Origin: Candidatus Omnitrophota bacterium
GTDB taxonomy: Bacteria > Omnitrophota > Gorgyraeia > Zapsychrales > Zapsychraceae
Length of the DNA: 64,000 nucleotides
Direction of reading: 5' to 3'
NCBI GenBank assembly: GCA_015233195.1
Contig: JADFYE010000001.1
Coordinates: 83,583 to 147,582 of the forward strand
Within the stretch, counting starts at the first letter, position 1, and every line of letters starts with the position of its first letter. Below, one piece after another: positions 46,567-56,296 of this stretch. Below the pieces are notes generated by a model. That model did not search any database. It was given only the letters and a program-made list of their open reading frames with translations, and was not told the DNA's origin. A program made the position numbers and the translations under genes.

Positions 46567-48516
46567 ATGATTACGATCAATAATATTACCATGGGGTTCT
46601 CGGAGAGAACCCTTTTTAAAGATGTCACGCTTAGTATTTTTAATAATGAAAAGATTGGTCTGGCTGGTCCAAACGGCGCAGGTAAATCCACATTATTTGC
46701 TATAATTCGTCGAGAATTAGAGCCGGTATCCGGCTCAGTCCAAATTCAAAAAAATATTAATATCGGACACCTTCCTCAGGAAGCTAAATTTCATTCAGAA
46801 AAAACTGTTATGGAAGAAGTTACTTCTGGGGATGACCGGATCAAGGCTCTGCTCGAAGAGAAACACAAACTTGAAGAGACAGATAAAGTAATGACAGACC
46901 GGTATGGTGACATCATGCATGAATTGGAATTATTGGGGCTATACGAAGTTGAGCATAAAGCGGAAAAAATTTTGGCAGGTTTAGGATTTAAAGAACAGGA
47001 ATTCCATAAACCTATAATGCAGTTAAGCGGCGGCTGGCAAATGCGGGTATTGTTAGCTAAGCTTTTAACTTATCAATATGATCTGCTTTTACTCGATGAG
47101 CCTACCAATTATTTGGATTTGGAAGCTACTTTGTGGTTAAAAAGTTTTTTAAAGAATTATTCTGGTTCTTTTGTTCTGATCTCGCATGACCGGGTGTTTT
47201 TAAGTGAAGTTACTAATTACACTATTATGCTTGAAGGCAGACAGATGTTTAAGGTCAAAGGTAATTATGACGACTATAAAGCGCAAAAGGAATTGGATAA
47301 CCGTTCGATAGAGAAGAGGCAAAAGGTAATTGAAAAAAAACAACAGCAGTTGGAGCGGTTTACCCAGCGTTTTCACGCCCAGCCTAACCGAGCTTCAGCA
47401 GTTAAAAATAAATTGAAGATGCTGGAAAGATTAGCAGATGAGAAGGAAGAATTGCCTGGTGAAGTTAAGAGTGTCGGGGAATTTGAATTCCCGCCGGTGG
47501 CTCGTCCGGGTTATGTGGTTGCAGGCGCGTATCAGGTCAGCAAGTCGTACAAAGATATAACTGTTTATAAAAATTTAGATTTTGAAGTTTTACGCGACCA
47601 AAAGGTTTGTTTAGTAGGACCGAATGGCGCGGGTAAATCTACTTTATTAAAAATGTTAGCTGGAGTTTTAACGCCTGATACCGGCGAGATAAAATATGGT
47701 AATAATGTGGACGTGGGTTATTTTTCTCAAACTCGTTTAGATATTCTTAATCTTGAAAAAAACGCGTTTGAAGAAGTTGTGGCTAATTGTCCCAGCGGCG
47801 TGCCTGCAGTTAGGGTGAGAAGTCTTTTAGGTTTATTTAATTTTCATGGCGATGATGTTTTTAAACCGGTAAAAGTTTTATCTGGAGGGGAAAAGAGCCG
47901 GTTGATTTTAGCTAAATTGTTGATTGACCCTCCGAATTTTATGTGTTTGGATGAACCTACCACCCATTTGGATCTCGACGGTATTAAAGCTTTGACTACT
48001 GCGTTTCAGAGATATGAAGGCACTGTTTGTTTTATTAGTCATGATCTGTTTTTTATTCGGGAAGTAGCGGATTGTATTGTTGAAGTAAACCGGGGTAATT
48101 TACGGATTTTTCCAGGCGGGCTGGATTATTATTTGGAAAAGAAAAGTCAGTCAGATGACCAGCTTCGGGAAGAAGCTAAATTATTGAAAGAAGCTCAGCT
48201 TAAGAAACAGGAGCAGGAACGAAAACAAAAAGAACGTCAGTCTGCCAGTTCAGTAGTTGATGATGCGCATCGTAAACATTCAGAGGCTAAGAAGCGTTTA
48301 AAAGAGATAAAAGAGGAATTGAGCAGTTTGGAAGAGGAGAAGAAAAATCTTGAGGTTGAGAATTATGTTAAAGCGCGGAAAATGACGGAGTTGTATAATT
48401 CGCCGGAAGTTAAGGATTTCGGACGGAGATTAAAAGAGATTCAATTGCGGTTAAGAAGTATAGAAATGACGTATAATGGTTTGGTGGAGGAGCGGGATAA
48501 TATTAATAAGGTTTGA
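46567..48516 (+). CDS. ABC-F family ATPase (two NBDs, no TMD; coiled-coil C-terminal tail)
   Basis: Two Walker A motifs ('GPNGAGKS' twice) and two signature motifs ('LSGGWQMR', 'LSGGEKSR'). Confidence 0.9.
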   Translation: MITINNITMGFSERTLFKDVTLSIFNNEKIGLAGPNGAGKSTLFAIIRRELEPVSGSVQIQKNINIGHLPQEAKFHSEKTVMEEVTSGDDRIKALLEEKHKLEETDKVMTDRYGDIMHELELLGLYEVEHKAEKILAGLGFKEQEFHKPIMQLSGGWQMRVLLAKLLTYQYDLLLLDEPTNYLDLEATLWLKSFLKNYSGSFVLISHDRVFLSEVTNYTIMLEGRQMFKVKGNYDDYKAQKELDNRSIEKRQKVIEKKQQQLERFTQRFHAQPNRASAVKNKLKMLERLADEKEELPGEVKSVGEFEFPPVARPGYVVAGAYQVSKSYKDITVYKNLDFEVLRDQKVCLVGPNGAGKSTLLKMLAGVLTPDTGEIKYGNNVDVGYFSQTRLDILNLEKNAFEEVVANCPSGVPAVRVRSLLGLFNFHGDDVFKPVKVLSGGEKSRLILAKLLIDPPNFMCLDEPTTHLDLDGIKALTTAFQRYEGTVCFISHDLFFIREVADCIVEVNRGNLRIFPGGLDYYLEKKSQSDDQLREEAKLLKEAQLKKQEQERKQKERQSASSVVDDAHRKHSEAKKRLKEIKEELSSLEEEKKNLEVENYVKARKMTELYNSPEVKDFGRRLKEIQLRLRSIEMTYNGLVEERDNINKV

Positions 48517-48773
48517 TTATGGATATTAAGTTAGATTTACATGCAATTTTTTCTGACGGGAGGGCGTTGGAGAATGCTTTGCATAGCGCGATGAGCGAGG
48601 CGAAGACGAAGAAGGCGAAATGTTTGGAAATTATTCCAGGAAAAGGGTCTGGGCAGTTGAAAAAATCTGTTTTACGTTTTCTGGAAAAAAATTATAAAGG
48701 GGAGTATCATCGTATTGAGAAGGATGATAAGAATTGGGGCAGGGTGTTTGTGCATTTTAGATGGGAGAAATAG
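48513..48773 (+). CDS. Smr-domain protein
   Basis: 'LDLHA' and 'IIPGKGSGQLK' resemble the Smr 'LDLHG...HGxG' motifs. Confidence 0.65.
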   Translation: MIMDIKLDLHAIFSDGRALENALHSAMSEAKTKKAKCLEIIPGKGSGQLKKSVLRFLEKNYKGEYHRIEKDDKNWGRVFVHFRWEK

Positions 48774-48776
48774 ATT

Positions 48777-49163
48777 ATGAGATTATTTTTATTGTTATGT
48801 GTTTGTGTGGTTGCTTCTGGTTGTTCTACCGCCTCGGGCTTGGTGACTTTAAAAAATTTGACTAAAGAGCAGAAGCAGACTCAGCTTGAAGTTGATAAAC
48901 AGGATGTTCAGTTTGCGAAATTATGGGTGCTGGCTAGTACAGGTTCTTTTGGAGATAGAAAAAATGCTCAGGATTTTGAAAGAGATTTTGGTGCTCCGAT
49001 ATTGATTAAGCAAGTAGAGGTTAATGGCAAAAAAATGGAAAAGTGGTTATATCGGAACAGCACGAAGTTTTTTGACGCGCAAAAAGTTTATTTATATTTT
49101 GATGAACAAAAAAATTATGTAAAGTTTGATCGAGTAGACGCAAAACCCGTAGTTAAAAAATAA
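48777..49163 (+). CDS. lipoprotein, unknown function
   Basis: The signal 'MRLFLLLCVCVVASGC' has a lipobox. Confidence 0.5.
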   Translation: MRLFLLLCVCVVASGCSTASGLVTLKNLTKEQKQTQLEVDKQDVQFAKLWVLASTGSFGDRKNAQDFERDFGAPILIKQVEVNGKKMEKWLYRNSTKFFDAQKVYLYFDEQKNYVKFDRVDAKPVVKK

Positions 49164-49171
49164 AAGGTCTT

Positions 49172-50386
49172 ATGTCCATTTTTGATATTTTAATAATTGT
49201 TGATACCGCGCTTATAGCGTTTTTGGTATTTTTCCGCAAAGATATTGGTGGGAAACATATTGACGAACAATTTGATCGTCTGGAAAAAAATCAGGAACGC
49301 ACTGAACGTATGGTACGCGAGGATGTTGCTCAAAATCGTGAGGAATTATCCAAAACGCTTAATCAGTTTAGTGAGACTTTTTCTAAACAAATTTCGTCTA
49401 TGGCGCAGGGTAATGAGGCGCGGTTGGAAAAAATGCGGGATGTGGTTGAGGCACGATTGAAAGAGTTACAGGCGGATAATAGTCAGAAACTTGAACAAAT
49501 GCGGGTTACTGTAGACGAGAAACTGCATAATACTTTGGAACGGCGTTTGGGTGATTCATTTAAATTGGTGAGTGAACGTTTGGAAAAAGTTCATCAGGGT
49601 TTGGGCGAGATGCAGAATCTAGCGTCTGGTGTGGGAGATTTGAAACGAGTGTTACTTAATGTGAAGACTAAAGGTATTTGGGGTGAGATTCAGTTAGGTA
49701 ATTTGTTGGAACAAACTTTATCGCCGGATCAATACGAAAAAAATGTTAGGACTAAATCAGGTAGTAATGACGCGGTAGAGTTTGCGGTTAAGCTTCCTGG
49801 GCGTAGCGGCAGTGATATTGTGTATTTACCAATAGATTCTAAATTTCCGACTGAAGATTTTGAACGGTTATTGGACGCGCAGGATAAGGCGGATGTTGTT
49901 GCTATGGTTGAAAGCCAGAAAGCGTTGGAAGCTCGTATCAAAATGGAAGCTAAAAAGATTAAAGATAAATATATTGATCCTCCGCATACTACTGATTTTG
50001 CGATTATGTTTTTACCGACTGAGGGTCTTTATGCTGAAGTGTTGCGTCATCCCGGATTATTCGATCATTTACAGAGAGAACAACGGGTTACATTAGCTGG
50101 TCCAACGACTATAACTGCGATATTAAATAGTTTACATATGGGCTTTAGAACTTTGGAAGTTGAGAAACGCGCGTCGGAAGTTTGGCAGGTATTAGGCACA
50201 GTTAAGACTGAATTTCATAAATTCGGCGAGATTCTCGAGAGTACACAGAAGAAGATCGAGTCAGCGCAAAAAGAATTAGAATCTGCTACGCGTAAGACCA
50301 GAACCATTGAGAAAAAATTGGATAAAGTTCAAGGCATTACTGTGAGTGAAACTGAAATACTTCCTAATTTAGAAGAACATGAATAA
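49172..50386 (+). CDS. rmuC: DNA recombination protein RmuC
   Basis: An N-terminal TM and coiled-coil are followed by a nuclease-like core ('VEFAVKLPG', 'LPIDSKFP', 'FAIMFLPTEGLYAEV'). Confidence 0.85.
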   Translation: MSIFDILIIVDTALIAFLVFFRKDIGGKHIDEQFDRLEKNQERTERMVREDVAQNREELSKTLNQFSETFSKQISSMAQGNEARLEKMRDVVEARLKELQADNSQKLEQMRVTVDEKLHNTLERRLGDSFKLVSERLEKVHQGLGEMQNLASGVGDLKRVLLNVKTKGIWGEIQLGNLLEQTLSPDQYEKNVRTKSGSNDAVEFAVKLPGRSGSDIVYLPIDSKFPTEDFERLLDAQDKADVVAMVESQKALEARIKMEAKKIKDKYIDPPHTTDFAIMFLPTEGLYAEVLRHPGLFDHLQREQRVTLAGPTTITAILNSLHMGFRTLEVEKRASEVWQVLGTVKTEFHKFGEILESTQKKIESAQKELESATRKTRTIEKKLDKVQGITVSETEILPNLEEHE

Positions 50387-51080
50387 AGACCGCATCTTTC
50401 CCGAACATATTGTATATTTCACCTCTTTACGCGACCTTGATTTTACCTTTCCTAAACCAGAATACATTCCGAATGAGAAGCAGATAGCTTATTTGACACA
50501 ACGTTTGGGCATATCCAAGTTTCCTGTTCTCAGCTTAAATCAAGTGCATGGCGCGGATGTATTCGTTGCAGAAGATCTGCTGGAACAGGGGACTATGCTC
50601 GTGGATGGTGATGCAATAATCTGCCAGCAGTCAAAAATCCCGATTATGGTACGCACCGCTGATTGTCAGCCGATCTTTGTTTACGATGCTGGTACGGATG
50701 CGATCGGAATGGTGCATGCAGGTTGGCGCAGTACTAATCAAAATATTTTGATTAACACTTTGGAATTGATGAGTAAAAAATATGGTACTGAGTTTCAGGA
50801 TGTAAGTGTTGTTTTAGGTCCGTCGTTGCGTAAATGTTGTTACGAAGTAGGTGAAGAATTTTTAGAATATTTTCCAAAAGAGGTTGAGATAAGCAACGGT
50901 AAGAGAATGTTTGATTTGGCGCAAGCTAATGTGCGGCAAGCTTTGGATAGAGGGGTGGGAAAGGATCGGATATTTGATATAGGCGAATGTACTGGATGTT
51001 TAGCGGATAAATATTTTTCGTATCGGCGTGAAAAAGACGCAGCCGGCAGAATGATAAGCGTGATTATGAAGAAGTTATAA
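50379..51080 (+). CDS. pgeF: YfiH/PgeF-family (laccase-domain) protein
   Basis: 'QVHGADV', 'TADCQPIF' and 'HAGWR' are the family's conserved His/Cys motifs. Confidence 0.85.
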   Translation: MNKDRIFPEHIVYFTSLRDLDFTFPKPEYIPNEKQIAYLTQRLGISKFPVLSLNQVHGADVFVAEDLLEQGTMLVDGDAIICQQSKIPIMVRTADCQPIFVYDAGTDAIGMVHAGWRSTNQNILINTLELMSKKYGTEFQDVSVVLGPSLRKCCYEVGEEFLEYFPKEVEISNGKRMFDLAQANVRQALDRGVGKDRIFDIGECTGCLADKYFSYRREKDAAGRMISVIMKKL

Positions 51081-51084
51081 GTGC

Positions 51085-51260
51085 GGCAAATTTTTGGTAA
51101 AAATCTTCGGTATTTTGCTGAACGCTTGTTTAATCCGGCGTATTAAACTACGCTCGAAGATAATTCTTGCTCTTGGACGATAAAATTCGTCCAAACCGTG
51201 CCCACTCGAATTATCTAACGTCCGCTTAAATACCTGTGATTTTTAATTTTAAAATTTGCC
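51085..51260 (+). repeat. copy 2 of the ~175-nt structured intergenic element
   Basis: Collinear with 29058-29230, sharing the core CTCGAAGATAATTCT...CCGTGCCC(G/A)CTCGAATTATCTAACGTCCGCTTAAATAC. The hairpins differ by compensatory substitutions. Confidence 0.8.
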
Positions 51261-51315
51261 GATTGGAAATTGATTTCAACGTTGCTTACGAATTTTAAAA
51301 ATATGATAGTTTATT

Positions 51316-51357
51316 ATCCCCTCTCCAGCCTTTGGGGAGAGGGTAGGGTGAGGGGAT
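51316..51357. repeat. GC-rich palindromic repeat unit (CCCCTCTCC...GGAGAGGG...GAGGGG type)
   Basis: Nearly identical to 30862-30900 inside the giant ORF. It has both inner (CCCTCTCC/GGAGAGGG) and outer (ATCCCCTC/GAGGGGAT) pairings. Confidence 0.85.
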
Positions 51358-51425
51358 CTTTTAAAAATATTTATTTTTTTACTTTGTACTCTGTGTACTC
51401 TGTACTTTTTAAAAAAGGAGCGCTT

Positions 51426-51743
51426 ATGTATTCTATAGTTTTTGTTACGGTTAAGGGTAATGAGGAAGCAAAAAAAATCGCGGACACTTTAGTGATAGAA
51501 AAATTGGTAGCGTGCGTTAATATGATTGATCAGGTCAAGTCAGTGTTTTGGTGGAAAGGTGAAGTGCAGTATGGGGAGGAAATTTTGTTGATTATGAAGA
51601 CCAAAGATTCGGCGTTACCTCAATTGATTGCTCGGATAAAATTATTACACAGTTACACTGTACCTGAGATCATATCAGTTCCGATTAAAACTGGTAATCC
51701 GGATTATTTAAAATGGATTGGTGATTCTGTTGTCGATCATTGA
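51426..51743 (+). CDS. cutA: divalent-cation tolerance protein CutA
   Basis: 'VFVTVKGNEEAKKIADTLVIEKLVACVNM...SVFWWKGEV' has the CutA1 layout. AAGGAG precedes the ATG at 51426. The track's upstream extension reads through repeat DNA. Confidence 0.8.
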   Translation: MYSIVFVTVKGNEEAKKIADTLVIEKLVACVNMIDQVKSVFWWKGEVQYGEEILLIMKTKDSALPQLIARIKLLHSYTVPEIISVPIKTGNPDYLKWIGDSVVDH

Positions 51744-53407
51744 TTTTTTGGTACAACACCCAGTTCTTGCATTGCTTCCAGCAGATCTTGTTTAGGATTC
51801 CATTTCATTTTTTGCAGCTGAGGTATGGTAACATCATAAACGAGGAATGAGTATGCGATATGATCTACTGGTTTGAAATTATCTCTGAGCCATTTAAACT
51901 TTAGCGGTTGGTATACACCGACCAGCCAGTTAACTTCAACAATTATCTTTCCTGGTCTAGGGCTGTCAGGTTCAAAAATCACTTCAGGATGTTGTTTCCG
52001 GTATTCGTCGAGTCTCCCATAATTTTCACCCCAATGCAAATTTGAATCTGCAAGGATTTTATAGGAGTTCATTCTTTTTCCTACCAGTTCGTTAAAATAT
52101 GAAATGTATAAAGGAAAATAAGACAGTACTGAAATTATTGACCAGGTGATAAGGATAGTTGCGGGAATTATTTTACCTTTCCAATTTGTTTTTAATATGC
52201 ATCCGCAAAATATATAAATAAAAGGAAGTACTACAATAAAAAAACGTATACCGATCTGGGCGTTAAAAAAGTAATTGAAATATATCCAGAAAAACAAGAT
52301 TGGAACAGCTAAAAATAATTCATTGTCAAAAAATTTAAATTTTTTAAAATTTATTATTGCGAATATTATAGCCCAGCTAAACAAAACAATGTTAGCGAGC
52401 GGTTCTTTATATAAATAAGCGATAGTGTAATAGTTCTTGAATCCGGTAAAATTCGCGGTTTTGTATTTTAATTTTCCAAGCAGATAAATATTAGAATAGC
52501 TTACCCCAGTTTTTTCATTAAAACTTACCCAGTCCATCCCGTCTATATATGCCACTGGTAAGGGCATTGGTATTGAATTTAATATTGGAATGTTTTGGAT
52601 TGATTTGAATAGTTCACTGCGGAAAGTATATTGTTTTAACGGGGTGCCGGTTTTATGGAATTGGAAGCCGATGTTTACTATTATAATGAACGCGAAAAAG
52701 ACGGATAATACATAGAGTAAAAAAGGTTTGATTGAATTGTTTACGTATCCGCCTAATTTTTCCGGTTCTTGTTTTGCGCAGCCTCTTAAAAAACGGATAA
52801 ATGCAATTGCGAAAAAAATTAAGAATAAATAAATACAGGTGTATTTTACTAATTGACTTGTAGCTAATGCTATAACGCTTATGATCGCATTTTTTTTATT
52901 TGGTTGGTTGTAGAATTTCCAGAAATAATAGGATGCAATCAGTATTGCGGTTGCACAAAAAACGTCGGTGGTTACCAAATTACTATGGGCGAGCATGTTG
53001 GGGGCGAAGACCGCCAAAATTAAGGATAATATGCTTCCATTAACGCCGTATAATTTTTTACTCCATATAAAAATATAAAAACAAAATAATAATGAAAATA
53101 ATGGAGTTATATATCTGCCTTGTTTAATGCCGGAAGCTACATTAAAGGTTGTTTCTTTTGAGATTCGCGAGGACAAATATGCAGGCAGCGCATTTAAAGC
53201 TGATATTGGCATTTTACTATCCATAAAATATTCACTACGCTCTGGATGCCCAGAAAGATAAGCCAAGCCGTATTTTAAATGATATTTTTCGTCGCCAGTT
53301 TCACCTTTTTTATGCAGGCTGGCTAGGGAAAGCGTTAAATTACAAAGTAGTAGCACTATTACCCAGAGACGTGTATTTTTCAGGCTAACTGGAATTTGGT
53401 TTAACAT
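51737..53407 (-). CDS. GT-C-type (family 39/83-like, ArnT/PMT-like) membrane glycosyltransferase
   Basis: At least 11 TM helices. The first loop reads 'GETGDEKYHLKYG' (acidic motif). The overall layout is ArnT/PMT-like. Confidence 0.6.
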   Translation of the reverse strand: MLNQIPVSLKNTRLWVIVLLLCNLTLSLASLHKKGETGDEKYHLKYGLAYLSGHPERSEYFMDSKMPISALNALPAYLSSRISKETTFNVASGIKQGRYITPLFSLLFCFYIFIWSKKLYGVNGSILSLILAVFAPNMLAHSNLVTTDVFCATAILIASYYFWKFYNQPNKKNAIISVIALATSQLVKYTCIYLFLIFFAIAFIRFLRGCAKQEPEKLGGYVNNSIKPFLLYVLSVFFAFIIIVNIGFQFHKTGTPLKQYTFRSELFKSIQNIPILNSIPMPLPVAYIDGMDWVSFNEKTGVSYSNIYLLGKLKYKTANFTGFKNYYTIAYLYKEPLANIVLFSWAIIFAIINFKKFKFFDNELFLAVPILFFWIYFNYFFNAQIGIRFFIVVLPFIYIFCGCILKTNWKGKIIPATILITWSIISVLSYFPLYISYFNELVGKRMNSYKILADSNLHWGENYGRLDEYRKQHPEVIFEPDSPRPGKIIVEVNWLVGVYQPLKFKWLRDNFKPVDHIAYSFLVYDVTIPQLQKMKWNPKQDLLEAMQELGVVPKNQ

Positions 53408-53409
53408 AA

Positions 53410-54618
53410 TTAATATGCTTTTTCTGGGAGTAATTTATTTTTTGGATCAATAAACATTTCAGCGTGGATAATTGCCCAAAGCGCGTTGCCTTTAGGATTA
53501 AAATGCATATCATTTTCGTAATAAAACATATTTTGTGGAGTATCTTTTAGTAAAGGAAGTAAGGGGGAGTATGAATCTAAATAAAAGGCTCCGGTTCTTT
53601 CTGCCGCGTCTTTTATCACCGAGAATGGTCTTAAAGACCATTTGGGCTTTTCTTGATTATTGAAAGTAAATTGTTCCCAATGTGGAACTCCGGTAAGAAC
53701 TAGTTTTATGTTATTTTGTTTGCAGTATTCGCCTATTTTAACCAAGATGGAATGACTGAACATTACGCTATCGAGGATGTTTTGATCCCATTCGTAAGTA
53801 CACCAGGAAAAACGGTTAAAGACCACGGGGTTGTCTTTAATTTCTTTTTTAAAATATTTTTCCAGGTTTGCCTTGTTGGTATATTTTTTTTCTTTGAATA
53901 ACTTTATATAAAGGTTATAAAGGTTAGAGTTTTTAAAAAGAAAAAGTTTTAGGGTATTATTGAAATTAGCTTTTACCAAACCGTCGGGAGTATCAATGAA
54001 TAATCTTTCATGGAGCAAAAGTGGGGGAACTGCCCAGGGATCGCCGTTTTTGTCGAATATAGTATTATGTTTATAAACCCAATCATCATAACTGTCAGTC
54101 ATATCAACGTTGATCACAACTACGTCCGGATGGTATTGGGTAATAAAATAGCGGATTAAAATATAGTATATAACATTTCCATAACTAGACGTTCCGGTAT
54201 TAATAACTTCAAAATTTATCCCTTTGTTTGAAAATTTATCATTCAAGACTTGCTGCACAATGGACGGTACAGATTGCTCCATAGGCATGACCCCTTCAGT
54301 AAACGAATCTCCAACATAGAATATACGGTAGGTGTCTTTAGGTTTTTTGAGGGCAATATCATATTTTGCTATCCAGCCTTGTTTATTATAATAATGAGTA
54401 TAAGAGTTGGGATAATTTTTGCCGTGACCAGGAAAGGTGTTTTTATAATTTGGTCGCCAAGCGTGGTTAAGCCGTGGATGTTCAATAAGATTGCTGGTGG
54501 GCTTGGTTACCCAGAAACTTGCTACCCAGTCTAAGAAAAATAATAATAAACCAGTAATTATCAAAATAATAACGACGTTGATAATTACTGTTGTGATTTT
54601 ACGTAATGTTTTTTTCAT
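53410..54618 (-). CDS. membrane-anchored SGNH/GDSL-family hydrolase
   Basis: An N-terminal TM is followed by block I 'FYVGDSFTEG' (GDS motif). A 'DMHF' region near the C-terminus resembles block V. Confidence 0.6.
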   Translation of the reverse strand: MKKTLRKITTVIINVVIILIITGLLLFFLDWVASFWVTKPTSNLIEHPRLNHAWRPNYKNTFPGHGKNYPNSYTHYYNKQGWIAKYDIALKKPKDTYRIFYVGDSFTEGVMPMEQSVPSIVQQVLNDKFSNKGINFEVINTGTSSYGNVIYYILIRYFITQYHPDVVVINVDMTDSYDDWVYKHNTIFDKNGDPWAVPPLLLHERLFIDTPDGLVKANFNNTLKLFLFKNSNLYNLYIKLFKEKKYTNKANLEKYFKKEIKDNPVVFNRFSWCTYEWDQNILDSVMFSHSILVKIGEYCKQNNIKLVLTGVPHWEQFTFNNQEKPKWSLRPFSVIKDAAERTGAFYLDSYSPLLPLLKDTPQNMFYYENDMHFNPKGNALWAIIHAEMFIDPKNKLLPEKAY

Positions 54619-54626
54619 TATTTGAA

Positions 54627-56102
54627 TTACATTGCTTTATTAGGCTGCTTTTTTTGACTGATAAAATCTTCTAGTCTTGCTTGAGTTCTTAATTCAGTTA
54701 TGAATTCATTAAAAGCTTGGGAATATTTTTCCTGGCGTAATTCTTTATTGATACTCTCTTTGTTTTTTTCGAACTCGACTTTATCGGCAGGTTGATAATT
54801 ATCTAAATGTAAGATAGCGTAACCTAAGGATATTTTAGTGACCGGACTTATTTTGTTGTCCTGATTAAGATTGAACGCTGCTTCTTGGAAATTTTTAGAT
54901 AATCCTATTTTAGGCAGATATTCTTCTCTATTAAATAGCGGAGTTTGCGCGATATCCAGTCCTAAGGATTTTGCGATTTTTGCAAAATCATCTAATTTAG
55001 TCAGACCTTGTTCAGTTTTGATTTTTTCTAAATATTCTTCGGCTTTTTTCTGCGCGATATCTTTAGCGTTGTTTAAAAGAACCGCATCTTTAACTTTATC
55101 TTTAATATCTTTCAATTCTGGAATGTAGGCGTCTTTACGTTCTTTTACTTGCAAGATTTGGATACCTTTGGTGGTTTCAAATGGAGCAATAGTATCACCT
55201 TGATTTAATTCGAATAATTGTTGTAACAATTCATACGTCCAGCCTAAGGATAAATCAGCTTTTTCCATGGAGAAGAAAGGAGTAGTTGACGCTTGCATTT
55301 TAAATTGTTGCGCGGTTTTATCTATATCTTTTATTTTTTGTAATTCTTGGTATATTTCATAAGCTTTGGTACGCGCTGCATCATTTTTAGTAAGATCCTG
55401 TGCATCAAAAGGAATATTAATATAAGACACATTTATCGTAGGCGGCATAACGAATTCGAGTTTATATTTTTCATAATATCGATTGATCTCGTCTTCAGTT
55501 ATTGAAGTTTCTTTTTTGAATTGTTCCGGAGTTATAAGAGCATAACTTATTTGGACTTTTTCATTTTTGCGTTGATAAAGTCCAAAAACTTCTTGTTCGG
55601 AGATGATGCCTGGATTGATGTGTGAATCAACTAATTTACTGATTTTTATATTGTTACGGATCATTTTTTCAAAAAGGTTAGGTTGTATACCCATCACTTT
55701 GGTCAGTATTATAGTGTAAAGCTCATTATCGAATTTATTGTCGCGTTGGAAGAAGGGAAGTTTTTGTATGTATTCTACAACTTCCTGGTCAGATACTTTT
55801 ATTTTTTTTGCGTTATATAACATTATCAGGCGGTTCCAAGTTTCTTGATCCATATTTATCATGTTACGGACTTTTTCAAAATTTTCGCCGTATTGAAGCA
55901 TATAATGGATTTGGATTTCATCGTGCGCTTTACGAAATTGCACGTGATCAATTGGTTTACCGTATATTTTTCCAGCCATATCTTCTTTGGACATTCCTAA
56001 CTTAAGAACATAGCCGGAAATGGCAAAAGAAATAATTATAAAAAAAGTAATAATGTAAAGAACGGTTTTGGCTACATGTTTTTTGCGGATGATTTTTAGC
56101 AT
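54627..56102 (-). CDS. ppiD: PpiD/SurA-like periplasmic chaperone (membrane-anchored, degenerate parvulin domain)
   Basis: An N-terminal TM is followed by a SurA_N-like region ('IDHVQFRKAHDEIQ...') and C-terminal chaperone-like repeats. Confidence 0.7.
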   Translation of the reverse strand: MLKIIRKKHVAKTVLYIITFFIIISFAISGYVLKLGMSKEDMAGKIYGKPIDHVQFRKAHDEIQIHYMLQYGENFEKVRNMINMDQETWNRLIMLYNAKKIKVSDQEVVEYIQKLPFFQRDNKFDNELYTIILTKVMGIQPNLFEKMIRNNIKISKLVDSHINPGIISEQEVFGLYQRKNEKVQISYALITPEQFKKETSITEDEINRYYEKYKLEFVMPPTINVSYINIPFDAQDLTKNDAARTKAYEIYQELQKIKDIDKTAQQFKMQASTTPFFSMEKADLSLGWTYELLQQLFELNQGDTIAPFETTKGIQILQVKERKDAYIPELKDIKDKVKDAVLLNNAKDIAQKKAEEYLEKIKTEQGLTKLDDFAKIAKSLGLDIAQTPLFNREEYLPKIGLSKNFQEAAFNLNQDNKISPVTKISLGYAILHLDNYQPADKVEFEKNKESINKELRQEKYSQAFNEFITELRTQARLEDFISQKKQPNKAM

Positions 56103-56208
56103 GATACTCCTTTTGACTGCTTGACTTTTTGAAAGTTTTGTGGATGATTATATATTCACAAAAATCATTTTACAAGTAATTTATAAAGGTTTAGCTTGAA
56201 ATAAACTC

Positions 56209-56236
56209 TTTACAAGCGAGAACGGATTGATATAAT
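56209..56236 (+). promoter_or_regulatory. putative promoter (TTTACA-16-TATAAT) for hisG
   Basis: TTTACA at 56209-56214 and TATAAT at 56231-56236. Confidence 0.4.
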
Positions 56237-56296
56237 ACGTTACTTTTTATGAAGAATATAAGTTTATAATATGGTGAAACTTATGAAAGGTATTGT

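Noticed and set aside
51270-51425. Upstream extension of cutA ('...YYPLSSLWGEGRVRGS...').
   Set aside because: The translation consists of palindromic repeat DNA. The real start at 51426 has an RBS and matches the CutA N-terminus.
56250-56296. A possible histidine-operon leader peptide or attenuator upstream of hisG (tiny ORF ATG AAG AAT ATA AGT TTA TAA).
   Set aside because: It has no His codons and no terminator/antiterminator hairpins, so it does not match a his attenuator.
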